DNA of 35,221 bases, taken from assembly GCA_031370785.1 (NCBI GenBank), contig JANMQY010000069.1, positions 1 to 35,221 of the forward strand. The letters run 5' to 3'. The translations under genes and the position numbers were made by a program. Below the pieces are notes generated by a model, which saw only the letters and a list, made by a program, of their open reading frames with translations, was not told the origin of the DNA and did not search any database. This DNA comes from Candidatus Eiseniibacteriota bacterium. Its GTDB lineage: Bacteria > Eisenbacteria > RBG-16-71-46. Shown in pieces: positions 8,228 to 18,083 of this stretch. How positions within the stretch are numbered: position 1 is the first letter of the stretch; each line of letters opens with the position of its first letter.

Positions 8228-9757
8228 CTACGGGGTGTGTACCAGTCGCGTGGTGCGCGTGCCCCACGGGGTGACCAGACGCACGAGATAGAGCCCGGCG
8301 CGTGCGCCGCGCGGCTCCCAGCGCATCTCGTGACGCCCGGCGTCGAGCGTCGCGGGCGCGCTCCACACCCGGCGCCCGGCGAGGTCGAGCACCTCGAGCC
8401 GCACCGGGCCGGCCCGCGGAAGCGCGAAGCGCAGGACCACGCCACCCGAGCTGGGATTGGGCGAGGGAATCGCGAGGGTGAGCCCTGGGTTCGTCGCGGG
8501 GCCGACCGCGGTCGATGAGACGATGCGGAACAGATCGTCGCTCGAGTCCACGGCGCTGTTGAGCGCGTGATCGAAGGCAGTGACCCGTACCAGAGCGCTG
8601 TCCGAAACGCCCGAGGACGTAGGCCATGCCAGCTCCAGAGAGTCGCGGCCGGTCACGCCGTGCTGGATCGTGTACCACGGCCCGGCACCGCCGTTCAGCG
8701 AGAGATCCACGTTGACCGAGTCGAGCGCGACGTCATCCGATGCCGTCCAGCGGATCACCGAAGGCTGGTCGGCGCCCCACACCTCGCCGCCATTGGGCGA
8801 GATCACGTGCACCACGGGCGGAATCGCATCGACCGCGTCGCGCCGCGTCGCCCACAGCGTGGCGTTGAGGAAGACCAGGCTGTCGCGTCCAGTGGCCTCG
8901 GCCCATCCGTTGAAGACGTTGTCGCTTCCGGAGGCGGTGCCATCGTCGGGGGGAGAGCTGTCGCCGCAGAAGACGATCCGCCCGTTTCCATACAATGAGT
9001 GCGCAACCATCACGCCAGGGTTGCCGTGAGCGAGCCCGTTCTTCCAGATGTCGCCGCGCACCGTCGGATTGATGGCCGGCAGGAGCAGCATCGAGGTGCC
9101 GTTGTGGAACGAGATGCTGTCGGCGAGGCCGGCCGGGCCGTGGATGATGGAGTCGCTCGGCGAGGTTTCGACGTTGCCCGAGTTCTGCGTGAAGTTGCTG
9201 TTCGCGAGGGTCGAGGTCGTGTCGAACACCACACCCCACGCGCGCAGGTTGTCGAGCCGGTTCCAGATGCGCGGGGAATCGACTCCGTCGTTGTTGCGAT
9301 CCGAGATCATGTGGTCGGCGATCGCGATCAGTCCGCCGCCGTCACGCACGTAGTTGAAGATCGCGGTCGACTCGGCCGAGGTGAATCGGGTGTTGGGCTC
9401 GTCCACGATGAAGATGTCGAAGTTGGCGAGGTCGTAGGGATTGCCGGTATTGCCGTAGGTCAGCGGGTTGGGCGTGGACAGAGTGGTCACGGTGAAGCCG
9501 CGCTTGACCAGCGCGACGCCCCACGCCGAGATCGCGCCCTGCCAGTAGGTCTCGCTGGTCGCCCAGGTGATGGCGCTCTGGGCCGGAGAGGGGACCGGCT
9601 GATTGTTGTCGATGATCCAGTCGGCGTTGCCCGCGGTCTGGGCGTGCAGGTTGTCGAACAGCGCCCGCTTCTGGGCGGAAGAGGCCGGGGCCGCGAGCGT
9701 GGCGAGGAGGGAAGGGGCGACCAGCAGGGCGGCGACGGCGGCGTTGCGGAAGCGCAT
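8228..9757 (-). CDS. Secreted multidomain protein: class I GATase-like/DUF4350-like domain, Ig-like domain and T9SS-type CTD
   Basis: Signal peptide MRFRNAAVAALLVAP...; ALFDNLHAQTAGNADW, EPNTRFT..E..AIFNYVRDGGGL, DRNNDG; SPNGGEVW Ig-like module; tail PSPNP...VLDLAGR...AGLYLVRL. Confidence 0.75.
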   Translation of the reverse strand: MRFRNAAVAALLVAPSLLATLAAPASSAQKRALFDNLHAQTAGNADWIIDNNQPVPSPAQSAITWATSETYWQGAISAWGVALVKRGFTVTTLSTPNPLTYGNTGNPYDLANFDIFIVDEPNTRFTSAESTAIFNYVRDGGGLIAIADHMISDRNNDGVDSPRIWNRLDNLRAWGVVFDTTSTLANSNFTQNSGNVETSPSDSIIHGPAGLADSISFHNGTSMLLLPAINPTVRGDIWKNGLAHGNPGVMVAHSLYGNGRIVFCGDSSPPDDGTASGSDNVFNGWAEATGRDSLVFLNATLWATRRDAVDAIPPVVHVISPNGGEVWGADQPSVIRWTASDDVALDSVNVDLSLNGGAGPWYTIQHGVTGRDSLELAWPTSSGVSDSALVRVTAFDHALNSAVDSSDDLFRIVSSTAVGPATNPGLTLAIPSPNPSSGGVVLRFALPRAGPVRLEVLDLAGRRVWSAPATLDAGRHEMRWEPRGARAGLYLVRLVTPWGTRTTRLVHTP

Positions 9758-9842
9758 TCGGGGGGCCTTTCGAGGCGCAAGGGTGCGGTGCAGGATGGGT
9801 TCGGCGCTGCAATCGGGCGAAGAGTATAGCCTGCCGGCGGGG

Positions 9843-9878
9843 GGTCGCGCACAGCGGCGTGGTCGCGCACAACGGCGC
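9843..9878. repeat. Tandem 18-bp direct repeat (2 copies, 2 mismatches)
   Basis: GGTCGCGCACAGCGGCGT / GGTCGCGCACAACGGCGC in the divergent intergenic region. Confidence 0.7.
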
Positions 9879-9988
9879 GGGCCTGGACCGGCGGTGGTGC
9901 GGATCGGGGGGCGATCGGCTAACGTGCGCGCCAAGCGTGCCCGCGCGTTTCGCGGGGGTGAATCTCGGACATCAATCGGGAGGCCGCG

Positions 9989-10390
9989 ATGCTCAAGGAA
10001 TTCAAGTCGTTCCTGCTGCAGACGAATGCGCTCGCCCTGGCCGTCGGCGTCATCATCGGCGCCGCGGTCGGCAAGGTCGTCGCCTCGCTGGTGAGCGACA
10101 TCCTGATGCCGATCGTCGGCGTCGCCATTCCGGGCGGCGCGTGGCGCGACCTCAAGATCGTGCTCACGACCAAGCCCGATGGCTCGCCGCTCAACGCGAT
10201 CACCTACGGAGCGTTCATCGGAGCGCTGGTGGATTTCGTGATCATCGGGCTGTGCGTCTTCCTGCTCACGAAGATGCTGCTCAAGCCTGCGCCTTCGGCC
10301 CCGGCCCCGCCGACCAAGGCATGCCCGGCGTGCCTCGAGATCATTCCGCAGGCAGCTTCGAAGTGCCGCGCGTGCTGCACGCCGGTGTAG
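9989..10390 (+). CDS. mscL: Large-conductance mechanosensitive channel with C-terminal CxxC..CxxC zinc-ribbon-like tail
   Basis: MLKEFKSFLLQTNALALAVGVIIGAA..KVVASLVSDILMP; YGAFI..VDFVI; SD GGGAGG. Confidence 0.95.
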   Translation: MLKEFKSFLLQTNALALAVGVIIGAAVGKVVASLVSDILMPIVGVAIPGGAWRDLKIVLTTKPDGSPLNAITYGAFIGALVDFVIIGLCVFLLTKMLLKPAPSAPAPPTKACPACLEIIPQAASKCRACCTPV

Positions 10391-10466
10391 CGCGCCAGTG
10401 ACTTAGGATCGTAGCGCCCGCCACCCGCCGGGGCCGGCCCGCCCGACTGCACCGCCCAGGAATTCG

Positions 10467-10475
10467 TGCTAACCT
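10467..10475 (+). promoter_or_regulatory. Possible extended -10 promoter element for sucAB
   Basis: TG-c-TAACCT about 70 nt upstream of the sucA ATG. Confidence 0.35.
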
Positions 10476-10547
10476 GCGCGAGCCCATGCGATCCGCCAGC
10501 GTGACCCTCGCGGGCCGGGCCGCGGGCGCCCACTCTAAGGACACGGG

Positions 10548-13343
10548 ATGCCCCAACGGCTGGACTTCATTCAGCGCGCCAACGCCGCGTACATCGAGCA
10601 GCAGTATCAGCGCTACCGGCAGGACCCGACGTCGGTGCCCGAGGACTGGGCGCTGTTCTTCGCCGGGTTCGACCTGGCGGAGAATCCGGCGCGGGCCCCG
10701 CACAGCGCGCAGCCGAGCGGCGGGATCTTCGCCCTGGTGCACGCCTACCGCGAGTTCGGTCATCTGGCCGCCTCGCTCGATCCGCTCGGCGACAGCCCGC
10801 AGGACCATCCGTTGCTCGATCCCGCGAAGTACGGACTGACCGCGTCGGATCTCGACCGCCCGCTGGACGCGCAGCCATTCCGGGGCGTCACCGGCGTCGG
10901 CGGAGCGCAGCGCGGTACGCTGCGCGAGCTGATCGCGGCGCTGCGTGAGACCTATTGCGGCACGCTTGGGGTCGAGTACATGGACATTCCCGATCCGCAG
11001 CGGCGCGAATGGCTCGCCGAGCGCATCGAGGCCGGGCACAACCGCCCGACGCTGAGCGCGGCGCAGCGCGTGCGCATCCTCGAGCAGCTGTTGACCGCCG
11101 ATGCCTTCGAGCATTTCCTGCACGTCAAGTACGTCGGGCAGAAGCGCTTTTCGCTCGAGGGCGCCGCCTCGCTCATTCCGATGCTCGACACCCTGCTCGC
11201 GCGAGCTGCCGCGCTCGGAGTGCAGCAGATCGTGATCGGCATGCCGCACCGCGGGCGCATCAACGTGCTCGCGAACGTGATGAACAAGCCGCTCGAGATG
11301 ATCTTCAGCGAGTTCGAATCGAATTTCGCGCCCGAGGACGTTCAGGGGCACGGCGACGTGAAATACCACCTGGGCTATTCGTCCACCTACGAGGCGAAGG
11401 ACGGCCAGCCGGTGCACCTCGACCTCAACTTCAACCCCAGTCACCTCGAGTTCGTGAATCCGGTGGTGCTCGGCTCGATGCGCGCGCGACAGGACCTGAT
11501 GCGCGACCTCGAGCGCGACCGCGGAATTCCGCTCCTGATTCACGGCGATGCGGCTTTCTCGGGCGAGGGCATCGTGCCCGAGACCCTGGCGCTGGCCCAG
11601 CTCCCGGCGTATCAGACCGGCGGCACGGTTCACGTCATCGTGAACAACCAGATCGGCTTCACCACCTCGCCTTCGGACGCACGGGTCTCGCGCTATTGCA
11701 CGGATATCGCGCGGGTGATCGAAGCGCCGGTCTTCCACGCGAATGGCGACGATCCCGAGGCGTGCGTGCACGCGGTTGCGCTCGCGCTCGAGTACCGCAT
11801 GACGTTCAAGCGTGATGCGTTCGTGGATCTGGTGTGCTACCGCAAGTATGGGCACAACGAGCTCGACGACCCGACCTTCACCCAGCCGGTGATGTACGCG
11901 AAGATCGCGGCGCACGAGCCCGCCTCGCGCCGCTACGCCGCGCGCCTGGAATCGGAGGGTGTGCTCGACGAGGTCCGCCTCGCGACGCTCGAAGCGTCGA
12001 TCCAGGAGAAGCTGACCGCGGCGCACGCGCGGGCCAGGCAGGAGCCGCCGAAGAATCCCGATGAGCCGCTCGGCGGCGCATGGAACGGACTCGAGTGGGC
12101 CGGCGAGGACTGGGACGCCGACACGCGCGTGACGCGCGAGGCGCTCGAGCGCATCGTGCGCGCGAGCGCACGCATTCCGGAGGGCTTTCACCCGCATTCC
12201 AAGGTCGCGAAGCTCTACGAGACGCGCGTCCAGATGGTCGACAACGACCGAATCGACTGGGGCTGCGGCGAAGCGCTCGCGATCGGTTCGCTATTGCTCG
12301 AAGGGCGCGGCGTGCGCCTGAGCGGGCAGGACACGGGACGCGGCACGTTCAGCCATCGCCACGCCGTGCTGCACGACACCGCGAACGGTGCGCGCCACGT
12401 GCCGCTCCAGCATCTCGCGCCCGATCAGGGCACGTTTCAGATCATCGACACCATGCTCAGCGAGGCGGCGGTGCTGGGCTTCGAGTACGGCTACAGCACG
12501 GCGGACCCGCGCCCGCTGGCGATCTGGGAGGCGCAGTTCGGCGATTTTGCGAACGTGGCCCAGGTCTACATCGACCAGTTCCTCGCGAGCGCCGAGTCCA
12601 AGTGGCGGCGCATGTCGGGCTTGACCCTGCTGCTTCCGCACGGCTACGAAGGGCAGGGACCGGAGCACTCGAGCGCGCGGATGGAGCGCTTTCTCGAGCT
12701 GTGCGCCAACGGCAACATGCAGGTGATCAACCCGACCACGCCCGCCCAGCTGTTCCATGCGCTGCGCCGCCAGGTGCGCCGCAAGTTCCGCAAGCCGCTG
12801 GTCGTGATGAGCCCGAAGAGCCTGCTCCGCCACCGGCTCGTGATCTCCGCCCGCTCCGAGTTCACCGACGGCCGCTTCCAGACCGTGATCGACGATGCGT
12901 CGGCGGTCGAGCCGCAGACCGTGGATCGCGTGCTGCTGGTCTCGGGCAAGTTCTACTTCACCCTGCTCGAGGCACGCGCCGCGCACAAAGGCGCGGCAGG
13001 GGTCGCCCTCGTGCGCTTCGAACAGCTCTATCCGTTTCCAAACAAGGAGCTGGCCGCGGTCCTCGCCCGCTACCCCCAGGCGCGCGACGTGCGCTGGGTG
13101 CAGGAGGAGCCGGCCAACATGGGCGCGTGGCGCCAGCTCCGCGACCGCATCCAGGCGGTGCTGCCCGAAGGCGCCACGCTGACCATGGTCGCGCGCAAGG
13201 CCGCTCCGACGCCGGCGACCGGCTACTACAAGATGCACGTCGAGCAGGAGCGCGAGCTGATCGAGAAGGCGTTCCGCGCTTCGGCCGCGCCGGCGCGCGT
13301 TGCCGGCCCGTCCGAGAACGTTCCGCGCGGGGGTTCGCGATGA
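10548..13343 (+). CDS. sucA: 2-oxoglutarate dehydrogenase E1
   Basis: [31 protein letters not shown] motif [10 protein letters not shown]...[33 protein letters not shown]. Confidence 0.98.
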   Translation: MPQRLDFIQRANAAYIEQQYQRYRQDPTSVPEDWALFFAGFDLAENPARAPHSAQPSGGIFALVHAYREFGHLAASLDPLGDSPQDHPLLDPAKYGLTASDLDRPLDAQPFRGVTGVGGAQRGTLRELIAALRETYCGTLGVEYMDIPDPQRREWLAERIEAGHNRPTLSAAQRVRILEQLLTADAFEHFLHVKYVGQKRFSLEGAASLIPMLDTLLARAAALGVQQIVIGMPHRGRINVLANVMNKPLEMIFSEFESNFAPEDVQGHGDVKYHLGYSSTYEAKDGQPVHLDLNFNPSHLEFVNPVVLGSMRARQDLMRDLERDRGIPLLIHGDAAFSGEGIVPETLALAQLPAYQTGGTVHVIVNNQIGFTTSPSDARVSRYCTDIARVIEAPVFHANGDDPEACVHAVALALEYRMTFKRDAFVDLVCYRKYGHNELDDPTFTQPVMYAKIAAHEPASRRYAARLESEGVLDEVRLATLEASIQEKLTAAHARARQEPPKNPDEPLGGAWNGLEWAGEDWDADTRVTREALERIVRASARIPEGFHPHSKVAKLYETRVQMVDNDRIDWGCGEALAIGSLLLEGRGVRLSGQDTGRGTFSHRHAVLHDTANGARHVPLQHLAPDQGTFQIIDTMLSEAAVLGFEYGYSTADPRPLAIWEAQFGDFANVAQVYIDQFLASAESKWRRMSGLTLLLPHGYEGQGPEHSSARMERFLELCANGNMQVINPTTPAQLFHALRRQVRRKFRKPLVVMSPKSLLRHRLVISARSEFTDGRFQTVIDDASAVEPQTVDRVLLVSGKFYFTLLEARAAHKGAAGVALVRFEQLYPFPNKELAAVLARYPQARDVRWVQEEPANMGAWRQLRDRIQAVLPEGATLTMVARKAAPTPATGYYKMHVEQERELIEKAFRASAAPARVAGPSENVPRGGSR

Positions 13344-14761
13344 GCGGCGAGATCAAGGTGCCGCGCCTCGCCGAATCGATCTCGGAAGCGGTGCTGGCGG
13401 AATGGCTGCGTCCCGAGGGCGTGACCGTCAAAATGGACGAGCCGATCGCGACGCTCGAGACCGACAAGGCGGCGGTCGAGATCGCCGCCGATGCCGCGGG
13501 CGTGCTGCACCACGCGGTCGAGGCGGGAGAGACGGTGACCGTCGGCCAGGTGATCGCGCGCATCGAACCCGGCGCCGCTGCGGCGGGCGGCGCTCAGCCG
13601 GGCGCATCCGCGAAGGCCGCCTCCGCGTCGTCGCCGGCCGCATCGTCCGGCGCGGGCACGGCAGTGACCGCCACGCGCGCCCCGGTCGCTTCGGCAGCGG
13701 CACCGGCCGCGACATCCGCGCCGGCACCGGGGAAGATGCCGGCGGCCACGGCGACGGCGAGCGCACCGGCAAAGGCTCCCGCCAGCGCGCCCGAGGCGCC
13801 GGACGCGCCGCTCAGCCCGGCGGTGCGCAAGCTCGTGGTCGAGCACAGGCTCGATCCCGCCGGGATCACTCCGAGCGGTCGCGGCGGGCGGCTCCTCAAG
13901 GAGGACGTGATCCGCCACATCGAGAGCACGCCCGAGGAAGCCGCGACAGCGGCGTCGGCGACTGACACATCGGCGAGCGCCGCGTCCGCGACCGCCGGGT
14001 CTTCGGGCGCGAAGCCGGCCGAGTCGGACCGCGGGCCGCGACCGGCCGCCGCTGCCGGCGAGGAGGAAGAGCGCATCGTTCCGATGTCGCGCATCCGCCA
14101 GCGCATCGCCGAGCGACTGGTGCAGGCGCAGCGCACCGCCGCGATCCTGACCACGTTCAACGAGATCGACATGAGTGCGACGCTCGAGCTGCGCGCGCGG
14201 CACAAGGACGCCTTCGAGAAGCGCCACGGTGTGAAGCTCGGGTTCATGAGCCTGTTCGGTCGCGCCGTGATCGCGGCGCTCGAGGAAATCCCGGAGCTGA
14301 ACGCCGAGATCCGCGGCACCGACATCGTCTACCGCCGGCACGTGAACCTCGGGGTCGCGGTCGGCACGCCGCGCGGGCTCGTGGTGCCGGTGGTGCGCCA
14401 CGCGGATGCACTCGACTTTGCCGGCCTCGAGCGCGAGATCGCGCGCCTTGCCGGCCGCGCGCGCGACGGTACCGTGTCGCTCGATGAGCTGATGGGCGGC
14501 ACCTTCACGATTTCCAACGGCGGCGTGTACGGCAGCCTGCTCTCGACGCCGATCCTCAATCCGCCGCAGAGCGGGATTCTCGGCATGCACAAGATCGAGA
14601 AGCGTCCGATCGCGCTGGACGATCAGGTCGTGATCCGTCCGATGATGTACGTCGCGCTCTCTTACGATCACCGGATCGTCGACGGCGAGCAGGCGGTCAC
14701 GTTCCTGGTGCACGTCAAGGAGCGCCTCGAGGATCCCGAGCGCATGCTGCTGGCGATATGA
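13340..14761 (+). CDS. sucB: Dihydrolipoyllysine-residue succinyltransferase (E2)
   Basis: Lipoyl domain ETDKA; E3-binding SPAVRKL...[11 protein letters not shown]; catalytic [12 protein letters not shown] overlap with sucA. Confidence 0.97.
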   Translation: MSGEIKVPRLAESISEAVLAEWLRPEGVTVKMDEPIATLETDKAAVEIAADAAGVLHHAVEAGETVTVGQVIARIEPGAAAAGGAQPGASAKAASASSPAASSGAGTAVTATRAPVASAAAPAATSAPAPGKMPAATATASAPAKAPASAPEAPDAPLSPAVRKLVVEHRLDPAGITPSGRGGRLLKEDVIRHIESTPEEAATAASATDTSASAASATAGSSGAKPAESDRGPRPAAAAGEEEERIVPMSRIRQRIAERLVQAQRTAAILTTFNEIDMSATLELRARHKDAFEKRHGVKLGFMSLFGRAVIAALEEIPELNAEIRGTDIVYRRHVNLGVAVGTPRGLVVPVVRHADALDFAGLEREIARLAGRARDGTVSLDELMGGTFTISNGGVYGSLLSTPILNPPQSGILGMHKIEKRPIALDDQVVIRPMMYVALSYDHRIVDGEQAVTFLVHVKERLEDPERMLLAI

Positions 14762-15369
14762 GCGCGGCCGGAATCATCGGGGAGGCGCGGGTCCCGCCCG
14801 GCCGGCGGAGCTGGCACTGGCGCGAGCTCGCGCTCGGGCTGATCTGGGCGCTTCTGGCCGCGCTGGTTGCGCTCCATCTACTCGGCGTGTTCGGTCAGCA
14901 GATCGAGGAGAAGACGCACTGGATCGATCATGGCCGCAACGTAACGGTGCGTGACTACGTGGTGGGGCTGGGCAGCGTTTCCATTCCACAGGCGCTCTCG
15001 CGGGTCTCCATCTGGCTGATGCTTCGCATCGTCTGCTTCGCGTGGCTCGCGGTCCGGCTGTTCGGTCCGAGCGCGGCCGTCCGCCGCCCGGGGCTCGCGC
15101 TTGCGTCATGGCTGGCCTTCGACGCGGTGCAGTTGCTCACGGTGGGGATCGACGGCCGGCACTCTCCTCCCGGGTGGGGCCTGCTCGAATGGGCGCGCGC
15201 CTGGCCTCTCTCGAACGGCATCGACGGCGCGATGTTCGGCGAGGACTGGTTCAGCTGGGCGGCGTCCGATCTCCTGCTCGCGATCTCGCTGCGCGGGACG
15301 GTGGGCGTCGGGTTCTACTGGCTCAGGCACCGGCTGATCCGGCGGGCAGTGCCTGCTCCGGTGGTCTGA
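14758..15369 (+). CDS. Hypothetical membrane protein (about 4 hydrophobic segments)
   Basis: ATGA overlap with the sucB stop; fills the sucB-lpdA gap; Trp-rich hydrophobic segments. Confidence 0.7.
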   Translation: MSAAGIIGEARVPPGRRSWHWRELALGLIWALLAALVALHLLGVFGQQIEEKTHWIDHGRNVTVRDYVVGLGSVSIPQALSRVSIWLMLRIVCFAWLAVRLFGPSAAVRRPGLALASWLAFDAVQLLTVGIDGRHSPPGWGLLEWARAWPLSNGIDGAMFGEDWFSWAASDLLLAISLRGTVGVGFYWLRHRLIRRAVPAPVV

Positions 15370-15445
15370 GCCGCATGCACCATCGCCGCCCGCCTTCGCC
15401 GGCCGCCGCGACATCCGTATTCGGCGCCAACCTCTCGGGAACCCC

Positions 15446-16843
15446 ATGACTGACGCTCCATTCGATCTGACGATCATCGGCTCCGGGCCAGGCGGCTATG
15501 TCGCGGCGATCCGCGCCGCGCAACTCGGGTTCCGCACCGCATGCATCGAGAAATACGAGACGCTGGGCGGCACCTGCCTGAACGTGGGCTGCATTCCGAG
15601 CAAGGCACTGCTCGATTCGAGCGAACATTTCGCGAACGCCCGGGATCATCTCGGCGAACACGGCGTGAAGGTCTCGGTCTCGCTCGACCTTCCCACCATG
15701 ATGAAGCGCAAGGACGCGGTGGTGTGCGACCTGACGCGGGGGGTCGAGGGCCTGTTCAAGAAGAACGGTGTCACCCGCTTTCAGGGCACGGGCCGCATTG
15801 CGAGTGCCGGGGAAGTCGAAGTCACCGGGAAGAGCGGGCGTGAGACGCTGCGCACCAGACGCATCCTGATCGCCACCGGCAGCAAGCCTTCGGCGCTTCC
15901 CGGCATCGCTTACGACGGCCGGCGCATCGTCCACTCGACCGACGCGCTCAACCTGGCCGAGGTGCCCGGCCGGCTGATCGTGATCGGAGCCGGGGCGATC
16001 GGGCTCGAGCTTGGCTCGGTATGGCGACGCCTCGGGAGCGAAGTGACCGTGGTCGAATTCCTCGACCGCGCCGCTCCCGGCATGGATCTCCAGAGCGCGA
16101 AGCTCCTGCAGCGCTCGCTCGAGAAGCAGGGCATCCGCTTCATATTTAAAGCTTCTGCAAAGTCCGCTCGGGTGGAGGGTGGGCATGTGGTGGTCGGCAT
16201 CGCGGGGAGCGAGGGGACGCGCGAGGGAACCTGCGACGTCCTGCTGGTCGCGGTCGGACGGCGCGCCTTCACCGAGGGCCTGGGCGCCCGCGAGGCGGGA
16301 GTCGAGCTGGACGAGCGCGGCCGGGTGGTGGTGGACGACCAGTATGCGACCCGGGTGAGCGGCATCTTCGCGATCGGCGATGTGATTCGCGGGCCGATGC
16401 TTGCGCACAAGGCCGAGGAGGAGGGCATCGCCGCGGTCGAATGCATGGCCGGTCAGGCCGGGCACGTCGCCTACGACTGCGTGCCGAGCATCATCTATAC
16501 ATGGCCCGAGCTGGCGAGTGTCGGCCTGTCGGAACAGGACGCGAAGGCCCAGGGGCGGGAGGTCGCGGTCGGGGTATTTCCATTCCTCGCCAATGGCCGG
16601 GCGCGCGCCATGAACGAGCGCGAAGGGCAGGTCAAGATCGTCGCCGATGCGAAGACCGACCGCATTCTGGGCGCCCATGTGCTGGGTCCGCGGGCCAGCG
16701 ACCTGATCGCCGAGCTGTCCCTGGCAATGGAATTCGGAGCCAGCGCCGAGGATGTGGCGCGCTCGGTCCACGCCCATCCCACGCTGTCCGAGGCGGTCAA
16801 GGAAGCGGCTCTGGCGGTGGGCCGCCGTGCACTGCACATCTAG
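15446..16843 (+). CDS. lpdA: Dihydrolipoyl dehydrogenase (E3)
   Basis: GSGPGGYVAAIRAAQLG, GGTCLNVGCIPSK, GAGAIGLE, HAHPTLSEA. Confidence 0.98.
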   Translation: MTDAPFDLTIIGSGPGGYVAAIRAAQLGFRTACIEKYETLGGTCLNVGCIPSKALLDSSEHFANARDHLGEHGVKVSVSLDLPTMMKRKDAVVCDLTRGVEGLFKKNGVTRFQGTGRIASAGEVEVTGKSGRETLRTRRILIATGSKPSALPGIAYDGRRIVHSTDALNLAEVPGRLIVIGAGAIGLELGSVWRRLGSEVTVVEFLDRAAPGMDLQSAKLLQRSLEKQGIRFIFKASAKSARVEGGHVVVGIAGSEGTREGTCDVLLVAVGRRAFTEGLGAREAGVELDERGRVVVDDQYATRVSGIFAIGDVIRGPMLAHKAEEEGIAAVECMAGQAGHVAYDCVPSIIYTWPELASVGLSEQDAKAQGREVAVGVFPFLANGRARAMNEREGQVKIVADAKTDRILGAHVLGPRASDLIAELSLAMEFGASAEDVARSVHAHPTLSEAVKEAALAVGRRALHI

Positions 16844-17177
16844 TTTACAATCCGGGAATATCCCGGGGCCGATGGTGCATATTGCACGAATGATGCAGCC
16901 AGGTTTCGGAAACCGATCCCGGAATCGTTTACATGCGGGTAGCGAGTCACTCGGTCCCACACCGATGACAACGCGCTTCGAATCGGTCGGCAAGAGTCAG
17001 TATTTGTCCTATTTCTCCTTGTATCGACCACGCTTCAGCAGATAGAATTCGTGCGCAGTAAAAACGCCACGCGGACCCTTTTTCCCCTCCCTAGTGCGCG
17101 TGGTCGGCGGCCGAGCGTCGGCCGCTCCCCCCCCAGGCAGGATCGTGTCGTGCTCTGCACGTAGGAGGAGTTTCCCC

Positions 17178-17960
17178 ATGTCTTGGCGTACGCATGTCGT
17201 GGCAGGACTGTGTCTGGTTGGGCTCGCTGGGCTTGCAGCACCGGCCGCAGCGGCGGTCGCGGTCACATTCGGTACTTCCTGGGATGCGCCGAGTTCGTCA
17301 CTTCAGGCGATCATCGACGCAAGGTATGGCGCCGGGAATATCAACGTGCAGACCGACTACATCGGTGCGAAACCCACCGATCACGACCCGTGGTTCTGGG
17401 TCGACAGTCACTTCAGCACGTATCTCATCCGCGAGGTTGCGGGCAACTCGGATCGCAACACGATCGGCTGGTATCTCGACACGGGCGCGTCATCGGCCAC
17501 CGCGCCGCCTGTGATCCTCAACGACAACATTCATGATGGGGTCGTGTTCGACGGAGCAGCGACCGACGGCAAGACCGTCGCGATCACCTTTCCGCTGCCC
17601 CGCACGAAGTTCGGGTTCTACCTCAACCCCAACGGTCCGCTCGGTGTCGAGAATGCGCCCGAGCCCGAGAAGTTCTTCAGCAACCGCTTCTACAATGACA
17701 TCGGTCCCGATGGGACGGGCGCATCGCATACGCCCACCAACGGCGATGTGCAGGCGCTGGTGTTCGACGTCTCGAAGTACGACGGTCCCAATACCTGGCT
17801 GGTCGCCTTCGAGGATCTGGACAGCGGCGCGAATCCGGCCGCGTGCTGCAGCGGCACCGACAACGATTTCAATGATGTGGTCTTCGAGGTCACGGCGTTC
17901 GGCGCGACGCCCGTCATTCCGATGACGTTCGGCGCTCTGAAGTCCAAGTACCTCCACTAG
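17178..17960 (+). CDS. Secreted protein with DUF4114-like C-terminal region and short TFGALKSKY tail
   Basis: SD AGGAGGAG before ATG 17178; signal peptide; FGFYL, VAFEDL...DNDFNDVVFEV; ends ATPVIPMTFGALKSKYLH. Confidence 0.8.
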   Translation: MSWRTHVVAGLCLVGLAGLAAPAAAAVAVTFGTSWDAPSSSLQAIIDARYGAGNINVQTDYIGAKPTDHDPWFWVDSHFSTYLIREVAGNSDRNTIGWYLDTGASSATAPPVILNDNIHDGVVFDGAATDGKTVAITFPLPRTKFGFYLNPNGPLGVENAPEPEKFFSNRFYNDIGPDGTGASHTPTNGDVQALVFDVSKYDGPNTWLVAFEDLDSGANPAACCSGTDNDFNDVVFEVTAFGATPVIPMTFGALKSKYLH

Positions 17961-17999
17961 ACGCTGCGCTCCCCCCTCCAGTAGTGAACGCAGCGCAGG

Positions 18000-18038
18000 C
18001 GCGCTCCGGCGAGTTCCGCGGAGCGCGTCCTGACTTTT
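18000..18038 (+). terminator. Possible intrinsic terminator
   Basis: 9-bp stem CGCGCTCCG (18000-18008) / CGGAGCGCG (18019-18027) followed by TCCTGACTTTT. Confidence 0.4.
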
Positions 18039-18048
18039 GTGCCGGGAT

Positions 18049-18077
18049 TTGACCGTTGCAGAGGATTCGGCCATTCT
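18049..18077 (+). promoter_or_regulatory. Sigma70-type promoter positioned for a leaderless transcript of the MBL gene
   Basis: TTGACC (18049-18054), 17 nt, CATTCT (18072-18077), 6 nt, ATG (18084); no SD. Confidence 0.6.
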
Positions 18078-18083
18078 GCCGCC

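Noticed and set aside
12080..13339. 893-aa ORF suggesting an N-terminally extended SucB
   Set aside because: The extension overlaps sucA out of frame; the lipoyl domain begins at ATG 13340 with an ATGA overlap.
13570..14060. Ala/Pro/Ser low-complexity stretches in sucB as a repeat element
   Set aside because: Normal flexible E2 linkers, only somewhat long.
10341..14713. Long antisense ORFs opposite sucA/sucB (10341-12197, 12291-13238, 13226-14713)
   Set aside because: Shadow frames expected from high-GC codon bias; Arg/Ala-rich with no motifs.
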